Shown piece by piece: positions 14,140 through 27,460 of a stretch of 64,000 nucleotides of DNA. The notes beneath the pieces are model-generated. The model saw only the letters and a list, made by a program, of their open reading frames with translations. It was not told the origin of the DNA and searched no databases. Source of the DNA: Enoplolaimus lenunculus (Eukaryota); the NCBI GenBank assembly GCA_030248215.1, contig JASANG010003338.1:62001-126000 (forward strand), given 5' to 3'. Numbering within the stretch: the stretch's first letter is position 1; each line of letters starts with the position of its first letter. A program made the translations under genes and the position numbers.

Positions 14140-14340
14140 CTGTAGTGATCCGAATAAAAAGGGTTATAATAGGAGGGTCCCCAAATTGAGTCCCATCCAA
14201 CAGGAGTCCGTATCCCTAATAAGAGTCCGTAAACGGATAGAGCCCCTAAACCTTTGTCGATTATTCCTAAATTGTAGTGCATAAATGACTCCAGAATCAA
14301 ATAAAGTTGAGTTTAAAACTTCCTTGCATTATCGATCAAG
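14140..14340. mobile_element. MITE family A partial copy (opposite orientation)
   Basis: TA|CTGTAGTGATCCGAATAA ... ggagtccgtatccctaataagagtccgtaa. Confidence 0.8.
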
Positions 14341-14816
14341 CTTTATTTCGGTCTCTATAGTATCTGATACATAATGGAAAAAGGCAAATTTTTGATGATA
14401 TCAGCCGAATATCTATATGTGTAAGTGTAGTTTTTGTACACCTCAAGCTTATGAGTCCGTCTACATAAAGTAGGTTTAAAATAGCAAACTATATTTTAGC
14501 TTAAAATTACTCATTCAAAAACAAACTTGGAGGTTGAAAGCAAGTGTTGTTACTTTTAATGTAACATGGGTCAAAAGTTCGAATAAGCAGATGGATAGAA
14601 CACTCATCTCAAAACCAATAAGTCAGCGTTAATAAACACTTGTAATAAATCTTTGTGGCAACATTCAAAACTGGTCAAACATAGGAAGGCGTTGCCAGGA
14701 ATCCATTATGGAAACGTGTAACATCATTTTTTGGGACTCATGACTTCAGTGTGTTATTCTAAAGCCTGAAATAGTGCATTTTTCATTTTCGCAGACATTT
14801 CCAAGAGTTATACTAA

Positions 14817-15022
14817 GGGCTGCGTTATACTTTTGTTGACGTCCGGCGCCGTCCGTCACCCGTATGGACCCGTCCGTCACCCATACAGTGCCGTCCGTCA
14901 CCATTCGGTATCGTACGCAAATAACTCACGTACAATAACGTATGGTACGAACGGTGACAGACAGTGCCGTATGGATGACGCACGGGAACGGACGGCGCCG
15001 GACGTCGACTATAGCGCAACCC
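14817..15022. mobile_element. PIF/Harbinger (Tourist-like) palindromic MITE
   Basis: TAA|GGGCTGCGTTATA..GACGTCCGGCGCCGTCCGT ... ACGGACGGCGCCGGACGTC..TATAGCGCAACCC|TAA; 3-bp TAA TSD; internal CCGTCCGTCACC repeats. Confidence 0.85.
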
Positions 15023-15074
15023 TAACTTCTACTCTTGTATCGTATTTTACCCTTGGCTAAAGATTTGTTATTTA

Positions 15075-15087
15075 GTAGCCTAGCAAC
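15075..15087 (+). promoter_or_regulatory. RFX/DAF-19 X-box-like motif GTAGCCTAGCAAC
   Basis: One mismatch from the RFX site GTTGCCTAGCAAC, ~545 bp upstream of the SPATA7-like ATG. Confidence 0.5.
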
Positions 15088-15630
15088 CACCGGTGAACTA
15101 GTAAACATTTACATTTTGCACAACTACTAACTATCTGTATTTGCCTCGGCATTGAAAACTACTGCACATTATTAGGCATATATTAAACAATTGGCTAAAA
15201 TTGGATAAAAACCAATACGAAACAAGCATCTTTTTTGGCCGCTATATGCTAAACTAGCGGAGTTTGTGACTGCTGACTGTTTTCGCCTTTCTTTAATGAA
15301 TAAGAATGGCTTCCTATGCAGCTGGTTTAAGAAAAAATTTGGAAAGATATTTGCCGAAGCCGGTTTGGTTCGTATTCATTAAAACTGTACTGTTTTCTTT
15401 GGTTAATTGAAATTAATTTCATATTAATAAACAGTAACTGCATTTTGTTTCATTAATCGCCTAGAAGTTTTGCCAGATGATATTGTTTGCATGTTATACA
15501 CGATCACACATATCTTTCCAAACCTTAATATATTGCGGTAAAATAAAGTTAGTTCGGATTTTCTAGGTTTAGTTATATATTTAAAGCAGCCTTCAAGAAC
15601 AGAAAATTAACTTGTATTTAACAATTATCG

Positions 15631-18600
15631 ATGAGATATCATAGCGGTTCAGTTTGGCAACAAGTCGAAGCGCAGCAACGATTTGGAAAACATTTGAAAC
15701 GATTGTGGAATACAAAAGGTCTGTGTCATAGAAGAGCTCTGGGGACCTATTGCAGACGGAGTTCAGTGGAGGCTCAGTCTTAATTAGAATAATTTTACGC
15801 CTTCAAAGTTCTAAATTAGTTTAAACAGTCTGTCTTGAAAAACGTATGTGAAATCCCTGTCAGCTTTTTCTAAATGTTTTTGGGACCATTTATCATGTTG
15901 AGCTGGCTACGAACTAGAATAGGTTTCAAATATTGCATTAGATCGGATGACCCGTTAGTGAGCTCAACCATTATAAAGTTTTTCGAATTTTATAACAATG
16001 TCTTATCATCTTGCATTTTCAGCAATTTCTTTATTATCAATTTACACGCTCTGGTAATTGACAGTTGAATCAAAAATACTATTTTTTTCAGCGATCGTCA
16101 ATACAAAGAACAAACTTTGGTACCCGGAAGGTTCTAAAGGTAAGTTGTTGAAAGGAAATTTTTTAATTAATGCATACTGCACCGGAATACTTACCGTTAA
16201 CTTTTATTTCCATTAGCGATATCAACGGCAAAGGTGCCAATTTTCCAGGTAACAGAATACAGCTGTTAATACTGAATGTTGGTGATAAAAGCTGGTAAAA
16301 GATCAGGGGCGGAACAGTTTTCTGCGGGCCTTCAATAGAGTAGGCTTAGCTTTAGAATAATTTTTTTGCCTTGGCTTACTTAGGCTTACGTATAAACTCG
16401 TTCTTACGCTTAGACCTAGGTTTAGGCTTAGGAATATGCTTTATGCTACTGTTATCGCACGGTTCTATACATTGGCCCAAACGCTGTATGACTGTTTCTG
16501 CTTCGTTCAGGGTTGGTAAACAACAAGTAAAATATTCGTTCGTTAAATAAATTACAAGCAAGATTGTTGTACTTGTATTTCATCGTTTAATTTAAAAACA
16601 AACCGAACTTTTCCCTACCTCTTCTCGGTTCAAATTTCGCCTCTGTCCATAACATCTTTGCCAAATAATTTTCGTCTATTGATTGTAGGCCTGCAGCTTC
16701 CAATTACCAATGATGGATCAAGAATTGAGCAGGTAAAATATACGATTGTGGTGTAAATTTAGCAATTTATTTTTGCGACCTCGTGTTCTCGATGTAGTTT
16801 TTAGACAGGTGATCGCCAAATTGTAAATATCATTCAATTAATCTTGCTTAATGTTTCGTGTATTTTAAAATGTAATTATGCTTTGAATACATTGATTAAA
16901 TAGGTTGAACGCGTCCCATAAACTTCTAAAAAATTGACCCAAGACCCACCAGCGACCCATTGAACTGTTTGACACTCTCAGGCTCTGGCAGTGGCGCAAT
17001 GGTTGCTGTGAGTCACAAAGTAAGACTTGACAATAATCTTATACAAACCCGTAGCCAGGTAAGGGCCAAATGCGTTCAATCGAATTGGCGAAATTTCGGA
17101 TCCTTGCCTAAAAGTTTCGCCGTGCTCGTGAATGCTGTATGAAATCCTCGCATGCCCAACCTAAAATTTTAAGACTTGATGAATTCTTTTTGACTGTTAT
17201 AGTTAAGACTATTTCCATCGCCGCTGTCAGCGCGAGAAGTACAAAGTATCAAAGCTTATTTTTGTCAATATTTGGATTCAAACGAAGTTTACGTGCCTGC
17301 GCATTCGACAAGAACCTACCAATTACGCACGCTGCATTGTGATCAAGTTTATGGCGGCCCGAATCGAAGTTATGATATGTTTGATAGGCATCAAAAATGC
17401 TTTTCTCGGCGTCGTTCATTTACACCGCGGCGATTACGAGCAAGCAATGCTGTATCTAAACTTCGCCTTATGACTCGTGACTATCATCCGGCGGAACCGG
17501 AGCTGTGGCAGTCTACAAATAGATTACAAGTAATGACGCTCAAGAAAATGTATATTTTTTCAAAGTATATATCTGTCAAAATGTACAGATTATATACGCA
17601 AAACACACAATGTCTGGGTAGAAATTACATGTAAAGGAGCACAGTTGAATGCTAAATCTCTTAGCTTTATAAATTGTAGCAGGTAAATCTTGAGTTGCTT
17701 GCATTGGTTTAAATATGAACATTTTTGAACTTTAATTAATTGTATGAAAACCTGTAGTTATAGAATATGTCAAGCATGCTATTAAAACGGAAAATTATAC
17801 AAAAATATAACTTCTTATGAAGAAACTGTCAAAAATACGGTTAGTTTGCCAAAGTTATATTTTCGGACAAAGCCAAACTCGATTTTCAACAACATGGTAG
17901 TCGCGATTACAACCATTCAAAACCCAAAGTGGCTCCGCAGCCAGTGCCTTCCAAACCTTCTAAATCAACGACATTGAAGACGACCATTCAGTCATCTCCA
18001 AGCAAGGTATCCGGCAAAACAACCTCAGCAATACAACTAGTACAACCGCAACGCAAAATAGCTCAAACGTTAACGGATATATCATCAGATATTTATGTAA
18101 AGACAGATTCGCTTCAAACGTCGGTCAAACCAACTGTTTCGGTTGTTCCTAAAGTGACTTCGGGCGTAACTTCAAACAACAAAATTAAATATTTGACTGA
18201 GAAATCTGAATCTCTTGATGAAGACGAGTAAGCTTTTGAGCATCATTATATTTAATGGCGATCTCAGGGGCAGTCACCGAAAGAGAAATACCGTGGATAA
18301 AAAGTATATTTGAAACTTTCTGAAAACGCAAATAATATTTTGTTAAGCGTAGAGATCAAAAATTATTTTTTCAAATCTGGAAATTTTAACGGATATCGAA
18401 ATATCCACGTTTTGGAGTGTCCGAGATTAAATTAACTATGTCGGATATACGAAATAAAATTTTCTGTTTATTATTGGTATTAAGCGTGACTTTCCTTTTA
18501 GTTAACAACCTATTCAACTCGTAGCGTGTCAGGGTGTACCCAAGTTTTAATATTTGTACTGTAAAAATATATTTTGAAATTTAACGAAAGTATTAGCAAT

Positions 18601-21600
18601 CGTTAATGTTCTAGCTACTTGTTGTGAAATGTGCATGTAAATTTTGTAACGTTTTTTAAACTTTTATACCAACATTTTTCAATTTAACTGATTTCAGCAA
18701 AGAGCGACTTCTTGTTACGTTCGCTGCTGAAGCAACATCCGCAGTCATTGTCAATTACGCATATTCCTCGGAGTAAGTAATAAAGTGAAATATAATTGAA
18801 AATTCATTTGAAATTTAATGAGACAGTCATGAAACCAAGAATCGCCAGTGGACGCGGCAAACAAATTAAATTCCAGTGAGGAAAAAGTAAATTTTCCTGA
18901 AACGAATCTATTTTGATGTTGCCAAAACGTTTTCGACCGGTGCTGTCGTGGAAGGATTGCGCTATCCTTGAGCACCGTTATTCTGTAGATGGCGTTTCCG
19001 GGATACGCATACGGGTGCTTGTTGCGTTTTTAGACTCAAAACGTGGATAATTTTTTTCTTTTAATAAATAATGGTGAAAGCAATAGTTGAGTAATTTTCG
19101 TTGTTGCTCCAGACAACCGCGTGGCAAAAGGCTTGTTTGTGGATTCTACAATCACAATCCGAGAATCAAAAAAGTCTACAGAGTGGTTACGTTTGTAAAA
19201 TATGGCAAAAGCAATGCAATGTCTTCGAAGTCACATTTTCATCAATTTATTGTGTCCTTTGCTGAGCAGAATTCTACTTTATCTTGCGTATTCCTTGGAA
19301 CTTTCAGCTGACACATTTAAAATGCAGTATGTTGGATAGAACAGAGCGAATCACTACCACAAAACACGTACAAATCTTAAATATTTTTCAAGCGGTCCTC
19401 TTAATGCTTAATTTGCTTCGACGTTTTCTATTGCATATTTCGTGAATTCTTCGCAATGCTGCGTCTTTATACTCTTCCGGCTTACAATTGACCGACAATA
19501 AAAAATCTTGACAACGCAGCTGTGTCGAACAACGACTTACTAATATTTCTTATTATAATTTCAGTCGCATGAAAAAGGTGCTCGCCTCTCAAATGAAACG
19601 ATGGTCGCATATTTTGGCACAGGTATAAACGAATTTCATGTCAACAGCGGAGATTTAATAAATCAATGCTCATATAACATACATAATGTAGCACGCGATG
19701 GCAAATTTTACGCAATTTATTTGGCATTCAAACGTGTGGTTCTTTGTACCGTTTCCACTACAGTTTTCAAAAATTGCCAATTTTGGCATAACTTACGCGT
19801 AGATTGAGGGTTTTGGTGGAGGCGGTGTTTAACCTTGGACATCAAGTTAGGCTTCGGCATAAGCTTGCGGTGAAAAGTATACACAAGTGGCAGAAACATT
19901 TTTTGTGTTCCCAGTGATATTGCCAAATAATTGAACTCAAAAAAGTGAAGTGTCACTAAGTTGGATCAGATGAACTGTAGAAAGGGCACATAGGCTCTAA
20001 ATGGTGCTGTATGAAAATGATGGGGATATAATTGTTTAGGTTTATATATTTCAGAATGAAATGGAAACAACATTAAACGATGTTCTTGAACAAGCAGGAA
20101 TAGACGAGTTTCGATTAAAGCCAGCTTCGTTTGCTTTGGCAAGTCAAACTAAAACTGGTGATTTTGTCGAAAAAGATAACTATAGTGATAGCTGGGTGTT
20201 AGCAAAAGATGTCATAGAATTTTCTGAATCAATTCCTAGTTTCAAAACATCAACCATAACGTCATCAAACACCAGTTCAAAGGTCGCTGCTACACTCAAT
20301 GGAGAACAATCCGTTAACACTGCTGTGATCGAATCACTGTTGAAAACGAGTGAATCGTCCGTTGATTCAATAGTTGACAGTCTGCAACAGCATTATACTT
20401 CAAAGTAATGCTGTATTCTATAATGTGTGTAGCATTTATCACCAGTTGGTAAGAAGTATTGTAATTCGAAATCTGCGACTTTTGGTTCGACATTATTAAC
20501 GTTTAGCACATTTGTTTTGTACTATACGTTTTTCCAACTTCCAAGTGGTTTATTATTTCTGCAATATGAACAGTTGATCAACAATAGCTGACACAGTGAC
20601 GGATTTTGTTTAATAATGAGGGGAAGCATTCTGTGTTAGTCTGTTAGCCCTATCGTGGTCAATATTTTGCTATGCAAATTGCGAGCTTAAGCGTTTTGTC
20701 TCCCTAAAAAGCTGAAAGTTCAATGTACACGGCTTCGACGCAAATTTCCATACATTTTGCGGTTTAGTTGACAAATTTCCATCTTAAAAAAGAGCATTCA
20801 ACTATTCACCTATTACACCCTATTTAAAAATTGTAAAATTTCAACCAACTACGAGAAAATTGTTCATTCACCGTTGTTTGCGCGACTACAAATATGTAAA
20901 AAAATTTACAATTCCGGACGTGGTTTACAGTAACAAGTTACCTTCATTTCGCATCGACCGTGGCAAAATTAGCTTTTTGAAGGTTAGATTTATTCATTGC
21001 AACCATTCGCGGATGCTTTTGCGTGAACCAACATTGTGTTGTGCTAAAATTTGTGAGTTTTTTCAACTTCATTATTTATGCATCGAAGATGATAGTGCAA
21101 TTTCAGGCAATAATTTAGTAAAACGAACGTTAAGAGTTCAACGCTTTGATCTTTTGCGTGAACCAAGATTGTGTTGTGCTAAAATTTGTGAGTTTTTTCA
21201 ACTTCATTATTTATGCATCGAAGATGATAGTGCAATATCAGGCAATAATTTAGTAAAACGAACGTTAAGAGTTCAACGCTTTGATAAAAAATGAAACGCT
21301 ATGAAGCATTATCCAGCTGCGGAGCCATTACGAACAAAGAATAACCGGAAACTTTAGCTCTTTTCAGCATCAACCGGCAACAACCGGACATAGATATAAC
21401 GCAAAGTACGACCCGACAATCCGGAGAATCAAGGAGAAACGAAGTTCACAGAGATGGAAAACCTTCAACATCGAAATCATTAAGTACAATCGCTGGAAAC
21501 TTTGACACAACTAATGCTGCAAGTTCAAAAAGTAATCAATCAAGTGGAAGCCAAGGTAGAACTAAACAGTCCTCAAATTCAAAGATTTCAGTCAGCGAGG

Positions 21601-23042
21601 CTGCTCCACGCAGGCAAACAAGTGATACTACTGAATCAGTGGCCACCGCTGCGGCAACGGAAGTCTCCAAAACGCATTCAACAAAAACTGACAAAACTGG
21701 CAGTAGCAAATCTGGTGACATATCACCGAAACAGAGTAGTAGGCGTAGTTCAGTGAAAAAATCCATCAAAACAAACAGTTCGTCTTTAGATAATCAGTCA
21801 GTTCCAATTGCTGAACATGTGGAATCGAACTATTCCGCTGAAACGCTTGGAGAATCACCAACTATCAGCCGGAAAAATTCAAGAACCACAACTTGTTTTT
21901 CTTCAGAGCCCGACGGATTTACGTATACAACAAACACAAACGACTTCAATGGAAAAGCTTGCGACACGACTTCAAAATCAACAAAAGAGACATGGAAAAG
22001 CAGCAATACTGTTAAGCCGACCAATGGTGATTTCAGCAAAACAACTGCAGCTGCGGAAGCGAAAACAACGTTGACTGCATCGACAACACACAAAACAAAT
22101 CCATGCAACAGAGATTCTGAGAAATTTCTAGATTTAAAAACACCCGATAAGGAACGCAGTTCAACACGAAATGGTTCAGATTTCAATACGAATGCAACTA
22201 GCCATACAAACAACAGTTCGCCATACAACAGCACTAGAGGCATAGGAGAGACATCGCTTAAATCAAAGGACAATTATAGCCACTCTGGAAACGCAAACGA
22301 TCAATCTGAAACCATTAGTGAAAGCATCGCTACGTCCGACAGCTTAGAAAGTTCATCAAGTTTTGATGAACAAACAATAAATGGTACCGACAAGCTTTCG
22401 TCTAAAACTAGCAACACAATCTCAAAAGATGTACATCTAACTCAAGAAAATGATGATTGGCAGAAATCTGGAAACTCGCAAGCGTCATATGATCGAAGCC
22501 AAAACCCCAAATCGCAGAATGCTACAAAACAAGGATTGATCAATTTAGCAGCAGAAGCTCGAAAAATATTACTTAAAGGTGAAGAGGAAACATCTGCTAA
22601 TACTCCAAAATCTGCACCATCATCGAGGCAGTCCGAAACCAGAAGCACGCCCGTGCGAACAAAATCAACACACTTTAAAGAAAATAACGTGGAATATCAT
22701 CCCACCTCTGGTGACGACACAACAAGCACTAGCTCTGAGGTGGAAGAATTAACCTCAAGCAGCAGGTCTGAATCGAAAAGCGTTGAATTTGAAACTGGCA
22801 AACGACAACAGGACGATTTGAATTGTTTAGATCCAGAAGAACGCTCGTTAATGTTACTCGATCGCGGTATTATTCAGTACGAAACGGATCCTATTTTAAG
22901 GATGTATAGGGGTGATCCTTTAGATCCGATCAACGAAGAAGAAGAAGCATCGCTTACATCGTCTACGTTGACCGGTGGCCGTATGTCCCGCCGTCAAAGC
23001 AGCATCCATAGCCGGCGATCTGGCGCGAAAGGACCTTTTTAG
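15631..23042 (+). CDS. SPATA7: SPATA7 (HSD3 family)-like ciliary protein with long Ser/Thr-rich C-terminal tail, 9 exons, ~1015 aa
   Basis: Exons 15631-15718, 16092-16139, 16689-16732, 17203-17529, 17845-18227, 18698-18772, 19565-19622, 20055-20404, 21368-23042 join in frame (3048 nt). Three blocks resemble recalled SPATA7 motifs in the right order: QRFGKHLKRLWNTKAIVN; DMFDRHQKCFSRRRSFTPRRLRASNAVSKL..YHP; DKERLLVTFAAEATSAVIVNYAYSSDRMKKVLASQMKRWSHILAQNEMETTLNDV. The exon-5 acceptor is weak. Confidence 0.75.
21016..21285 (+). repeat. 135-bp tandem duplication
   Basis: 21016-21150 versus 21151-21285, two substitutions seen. Confidence 0.95.
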
Positions 23043-23355
23043 TTCAGGAAATTTACTGTTTAGTCAGTACCAGCTTTGTCCATCCCAACATAGTATTCAA
23101 AAGCGAACCAGAAAATTAGCTGACCAGCGCTACTTTTTTCCTTGCTAGTAAGTCTTTCAAACTCGACGATTTTGCTCCAACGGATGTTGGTGTGAACCAG
23201 GAATTTAAATGACAAGTACCAGCTTTGTTTAAACCAACAAAGCATTCAAAATATGCAATAATCATGCTCGGATGCCGATCCTTGGCACTTGTGAACCAGA
23301 TATTTTGCTGACCAGCACCAGTTTTATGCTTGTTATACGATTTCAAACTCGATTA

Positions 23356-23799
23356 CTGCAGTGACCCGAATACAGGGGGGGTAATAAGAGGGGGGTCCTG
23401 ATTTGAAGTCCCAGATAGTGGGAGTCCGTATCCCTAATTAGAGTCCGTAAGCGGATAGAGTCCCAAAACCCGAATTAAAGTCCATAAATGTCAATTATCA
23501 CAAATTGTAGTGCATAAATGACTCAAGTACCAAATACAATTGAGTTCGAACCTTTAAAGCATAATTATTTTTGAAAGTAGATTCTTAAATATAACCTTGC
23601 ATTATCGCTCGAGATTTTGACACAAGTAAAATAAATGTTTAATTCAAGGGATAGTTGCAATACCGAATATATATTACTAACGAAGCGCGGTGGAAGTGGA
23701 GGGTGGTTTAAACATAAATAACAGTCCATAACCGAATAACAGGGGTTACCTTCAGGAGAAGCCAAAAAATATCAATACCCCTTATTCGGGTCACAACAA
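23356..23799. mobile_element. MITE family A copy with both TIRs and TA on each side
   Basis: TA|CTGCAGTGACCCGAATA ... TATTCGGGTCACAACAA|TA; same internal body. Confidence 0.8.
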
Positions 23800-24560
23800 T
23801 ATTATGCTCCAAAGAACCTTGATAGTAGATTTGTGACACCGAACATTTTGCTGACGAAAAACTAGCACCATAGAGAGCGTCAAAATTGTCGATAACTACA
23901 CGATAGAAGCTCACACCGCCACTTTCGTTCCAAGTCAGTAACGCGTTCAAACTTTCAAAGCGGAGGATAATGCTTCATAGGCGCTTGCTGTTGCTGTGAT
24001 ACACAAAATTCGCTGAACAGAACTCGTGCTCATGAGACAGGAGAGTGCTCAATTGTATCTTGCAGTTGTGAGGCAGGATGAACTAAATTAATGTTACTTT
24101 TATGCCATCACAGCACTATGCGTTCAAAACTCAGATATGATGTTTCAAAATAAATTTAACTAGTGACGTGGTTGCAACCTTTCAAAACCCTACTTGTTCC
24201 CATATTTAGTCTAGCGTCGCCGTTACGTAATTAATTTGCATTATGCATATACTGTTCTTTGTATCTTGTTTCAAACATAGACATGAAAAGTTGGAAAGCT
24301 GCCCAAAATACGTATATGGGAAATTTCAGCTAATTATTGCACACTTGTGCAACTTTCGTAATGAAATTTAGAGATACACTTTTGCAGTTCTATATTACTC
24401 AGATAATAGCTGCACCAAGCACACCAACATACAAGGATATGAAAGACACCTTTAAAAATTGTTGTATTCATTTTAATGATTGAATATATAGAAAGACAAT
24501 GTAATTCGCATATTGAGCACTGCTGTCAATAACACTTATCGTCTTTTTACTTCTTTATTG

Positions 24561-24955
24561 CAGTGGCGGATCCAGGATCTCGAAATGGGGGGTGCAAAAT
24601 TTCACAGGTAATAAACTTTATTTTTTGACCCATACTGTAGTGAACCAAATAAGAGGGGGTCCCCATTTTGAGTCCCAATTAATAGGTGTCCGTATCCCTA
24701 ACAAAAGTCCGTATGCAGATAGAGTCCTTAAACCCTTATTGGAGTCCATAAATGTCTATTATCCCTAATTCTAGCGCATAAATGACTCCAGGGCCAAATA
24801 AAGGTGAGTTCGAAACTTTAAATCGTGCTTATACTATTGTGTATAAAACAGAAAAATAAACAGCGTAGAACAGCAATTGACACTATATAATTTTTGTCGA
24901 GATGCTGTTGGGGGGAAGCCCCGGCCGGGGTGGCCCCCTCATGAGTCCGTCATTG
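24561..24955. mobile_element. hAT-type MITE with 8-bp TSD, containing a nested family A fragment (24635-24822)
   Basis: CTTTATTG|CAGTGGCGGATCC ... GAGTCCGTCATTG|CTTTATTG, a perfect 8-bp duplication. Confidence 0.85.
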
Positions 24956-26214
24956 CTTTATTGTATATAAAGAATATTCCAGCTTTAATATATAGATATA
25001 TAACTATGGTAAACACTTATGAAAAGGTTCATTTATATACGTTTTACAGTTACTTAGAGGCGTGCAATGCCCATTGCTAGTCTTAAACACTGTAAACGTT
25101 GAATGTTTGGAACAGTGGGCGAACCGTAAAGAAAAACCGCTACCAGATCTTCTACCGAAGCCGACCTTACAAAAATATCCATTACGCAAACTTTTAAATC
25201 GATATATGACTGAAAACATAGCAAACAAGAATAGCAAATCTGTCTAGTAATCTAAAAATCTGACGGCAAACCTGAAACTGAAGGCGAAGTGAAGCATTGA
25301 CCGCGGTTACCATCAGGTAAGTGCAAAATATACGAAAAGTTGTAAACCTAGCACTAGTTCTAATAGATCATTAACTTTTCTAAGATTATAAAGTTTGAGG
25401 AATAGTTTTGCAGACTTTAAGGCCAAGTGTTTCCGTTTAATTTCACAAAAACTTAGGGTACCTTTAAATATTGACTGCTGTGCATTTCAAGGTAAAGTTC
25501 ACCTTAACCGGTTGAAACAAAAACCGCCGAAGTTTTAAAATGCGTCTGGCCTCTCGTTCACTTTTGAGTTTGGGGGTCCCCACCTGGAATTCTGGGGGAG
25601 CAACTACCCATGTCTGCTCCGGCACTCATTTAGCGGGATAATTTTTTTAATCTACTCCGGCCAAACTCCAAAACTGTGATGACTCCTCCATTTTTGATTT
25701 CGCTGCTGCAATATGCTTCACACCATTAGAAAACGTTTCCGGTCCGCGTCATTGTCGTAGTAGAACTTTACCTGGTGTATGGCGCACACAAAATGCATTT
25801 AACGAATCTTATTTTTTGATTGTTATTCAACGATATATACTATAATGCATACAAATTTTGGCACATTTATATTTTAACAAAGTTCATTTTATATGTAGAG
25901 AAATTATTTCGAAAAACCATAGCTAGTGGACTGGCGTAACAATTTAATATGTTCAATAAGCGAAATTTCCACATATTTCTCGCGTAGCTGAAGTCGTATT
26001 CGGAATTGCCGTGCGGATCCGAAACAAATTCGGCCAAACCTAGACTGATTGCTCGAAATGGAATACGTTTAGTTTTAGGTCGCGCTTTCTCGCCAAAGAT
26101 TGTTCATTGAACTAGAGTTTAAAACTTTCAGCAAATTCAAGACATGTAAGGTCGTGCGGTCTTATGGGTAATTTATACAAGTGTTATATTAGTGTCAAGT
26201 AGGTGTACCAATTG

Positions 26215-26700
26215 AGCACGGCTATATTCGAACCAGCGATCTTTGGCTAACCATGCCAACGCTCTTATTAACTGTACGCTGTGTACTGCGTAGCTACTAT
26301 GTGATGTACTGCGTAGCTACTATGCGATGTGTATCACGTGTTGACTTTTTTATGTGTGCTATGTATTCGGGTATTCCGTCGTGCAATACCCGACACCCTC
26401 TATTTCCGAGGAAGTCGTCCCCTGACCGTCACACCTTTTTATGGCCTCACATCGCGGCTGTATGTCCTTGCGGTCCCATCGTGGTCACCACGTAAGGTAG
26501 TTTATGTTAGTGCGAAGTAGTTGAAACAATGGACCACGGCTGGATTCGAACCAGCGACCTGTGGCACTGTTTCAACTACTTTTGCTAGCTATTATATATA
26601 TCCGTTGTTACTACGTTTGTGTACTACGTACGTGTTGGCTGTTTTATGGGGTATTTTATATTCGGGTATTCCATCGTTCGTGCAATACCAGACAATGCAA
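26215..26700 (-). mobile_element. Tandem tRNA-derived SINE-like units
   Basis: Minus strand has the tRNA 3' half GGTCGCTGGTTCGAATCCAGCCGTGGTCCA (~26530-26560) and a degenerate copy at ~26217-26245. Each lies next to a repeated TATTCGGGTATTCC..GTGCAATACC hairpin and short CTAC-rich repeats. Confidence 0.6.
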
Positions 26701-26788
26701 CACGTTTATTGGTTCAAACAGGGTGGCATCGAAGCTACAATATGACCGATTCCGAATCCCATTCTGAACCCATTGTGAATTTGCTGAT

Positions 26789-26992
26789 TACGAATCAAAG
26801 TTAAAACGACCATTTGACATCACGATTTTAGAAATTATAATTATAGGCAGGTAAGCGAACTTGTGCTCATATGGATTTTGAAATATCGAATACGAATCAA
26901 AGTTAAAACGACCATTTTACAACACGATTTTAGAAATTATAATTATAGGCAGGTAAGCGAACTTGTGCTCATATGGATTTTGAAATAACGAA
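26789..26992 (+). repeat. 102-bp tandem duplication
   Basis: 26789-26890 versus 26891-26992, few substitutions. Confidence 0.95.
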
Positions 26993-27229
26993 ACTCGAAT
27001 TCATTGAACTATATATTCAAATCCACAAAAATCACCAACTGCTTGTACGTATTGAAAGATTCTGAAAAATGTTTCAGTATGTTTAAACGCAATTTTCATA
27101 AAACACACAGCTGTTTTCGATCCTTGCTAGATTCCTGAAATCGAATCCAAACTTTTGTTGCCGCGGTTTTAGGGGCAAAAAGTACAGCCGATGCTGGCAA
27201 AACATTTTAGGAATGAATGTTCACAAACT

Positions 27230-27460
27230 GTCAGTCAAGGTAGGATCGATCGGGACTTGAGACTTTTATAGTAAGCAGCTGGAGAAGCAGTTTAATTATG
27301 GGGTGACCCGAACTCTTAAATCTAAGTATCATTTAGAGTACGATCTGCCACTGCGCCATGCGACCCGCCTCTTCAACTTCTTCCAACATCGACTATGCAT
27401 GTCGACACATTTGTGTGTTGCCGGCTAGCATGCATATTATAGAGTGCAATGCACTGTTAA
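27230..27460 (-). repeat. Second copy of the tRNA-derived repeat seen at 230-460
   Basis: Shares gtcgaca..atagtcgatg, gaggcggg..tggcgcagtgg, aagagttcg, tccagctgctta and cctaccttgactgaca in the same order. Confidence 0.7.

Noticed and set aside
14825..15060. Overlapping ORFs on both strands
   Set aside because: They lie in a palindromic MITE.
17764..17840. Stop-codon reassignment or readthrough (IKTENYTKI*LLMKKLSKIR)
   Set aside because: The SPATA7-like model splices around it in frame and all other genes use standard stops.
20860..21294. 144-aa ORF with internal repeat
   Set aside because: Produced by the 135-bp intronic tandem duplication, whose length is a multiple of three.
21502..22648. 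Alternative-frame and antisense ORFs over the large exon
   Set aside because: Shadows of a low-complexity coding exon.
25062..25320. Additional 3' exon of the SPATA7-like gene
   Set aside because: No phase-compatible link to the candidate donor at 22981 and no recognisable protein.
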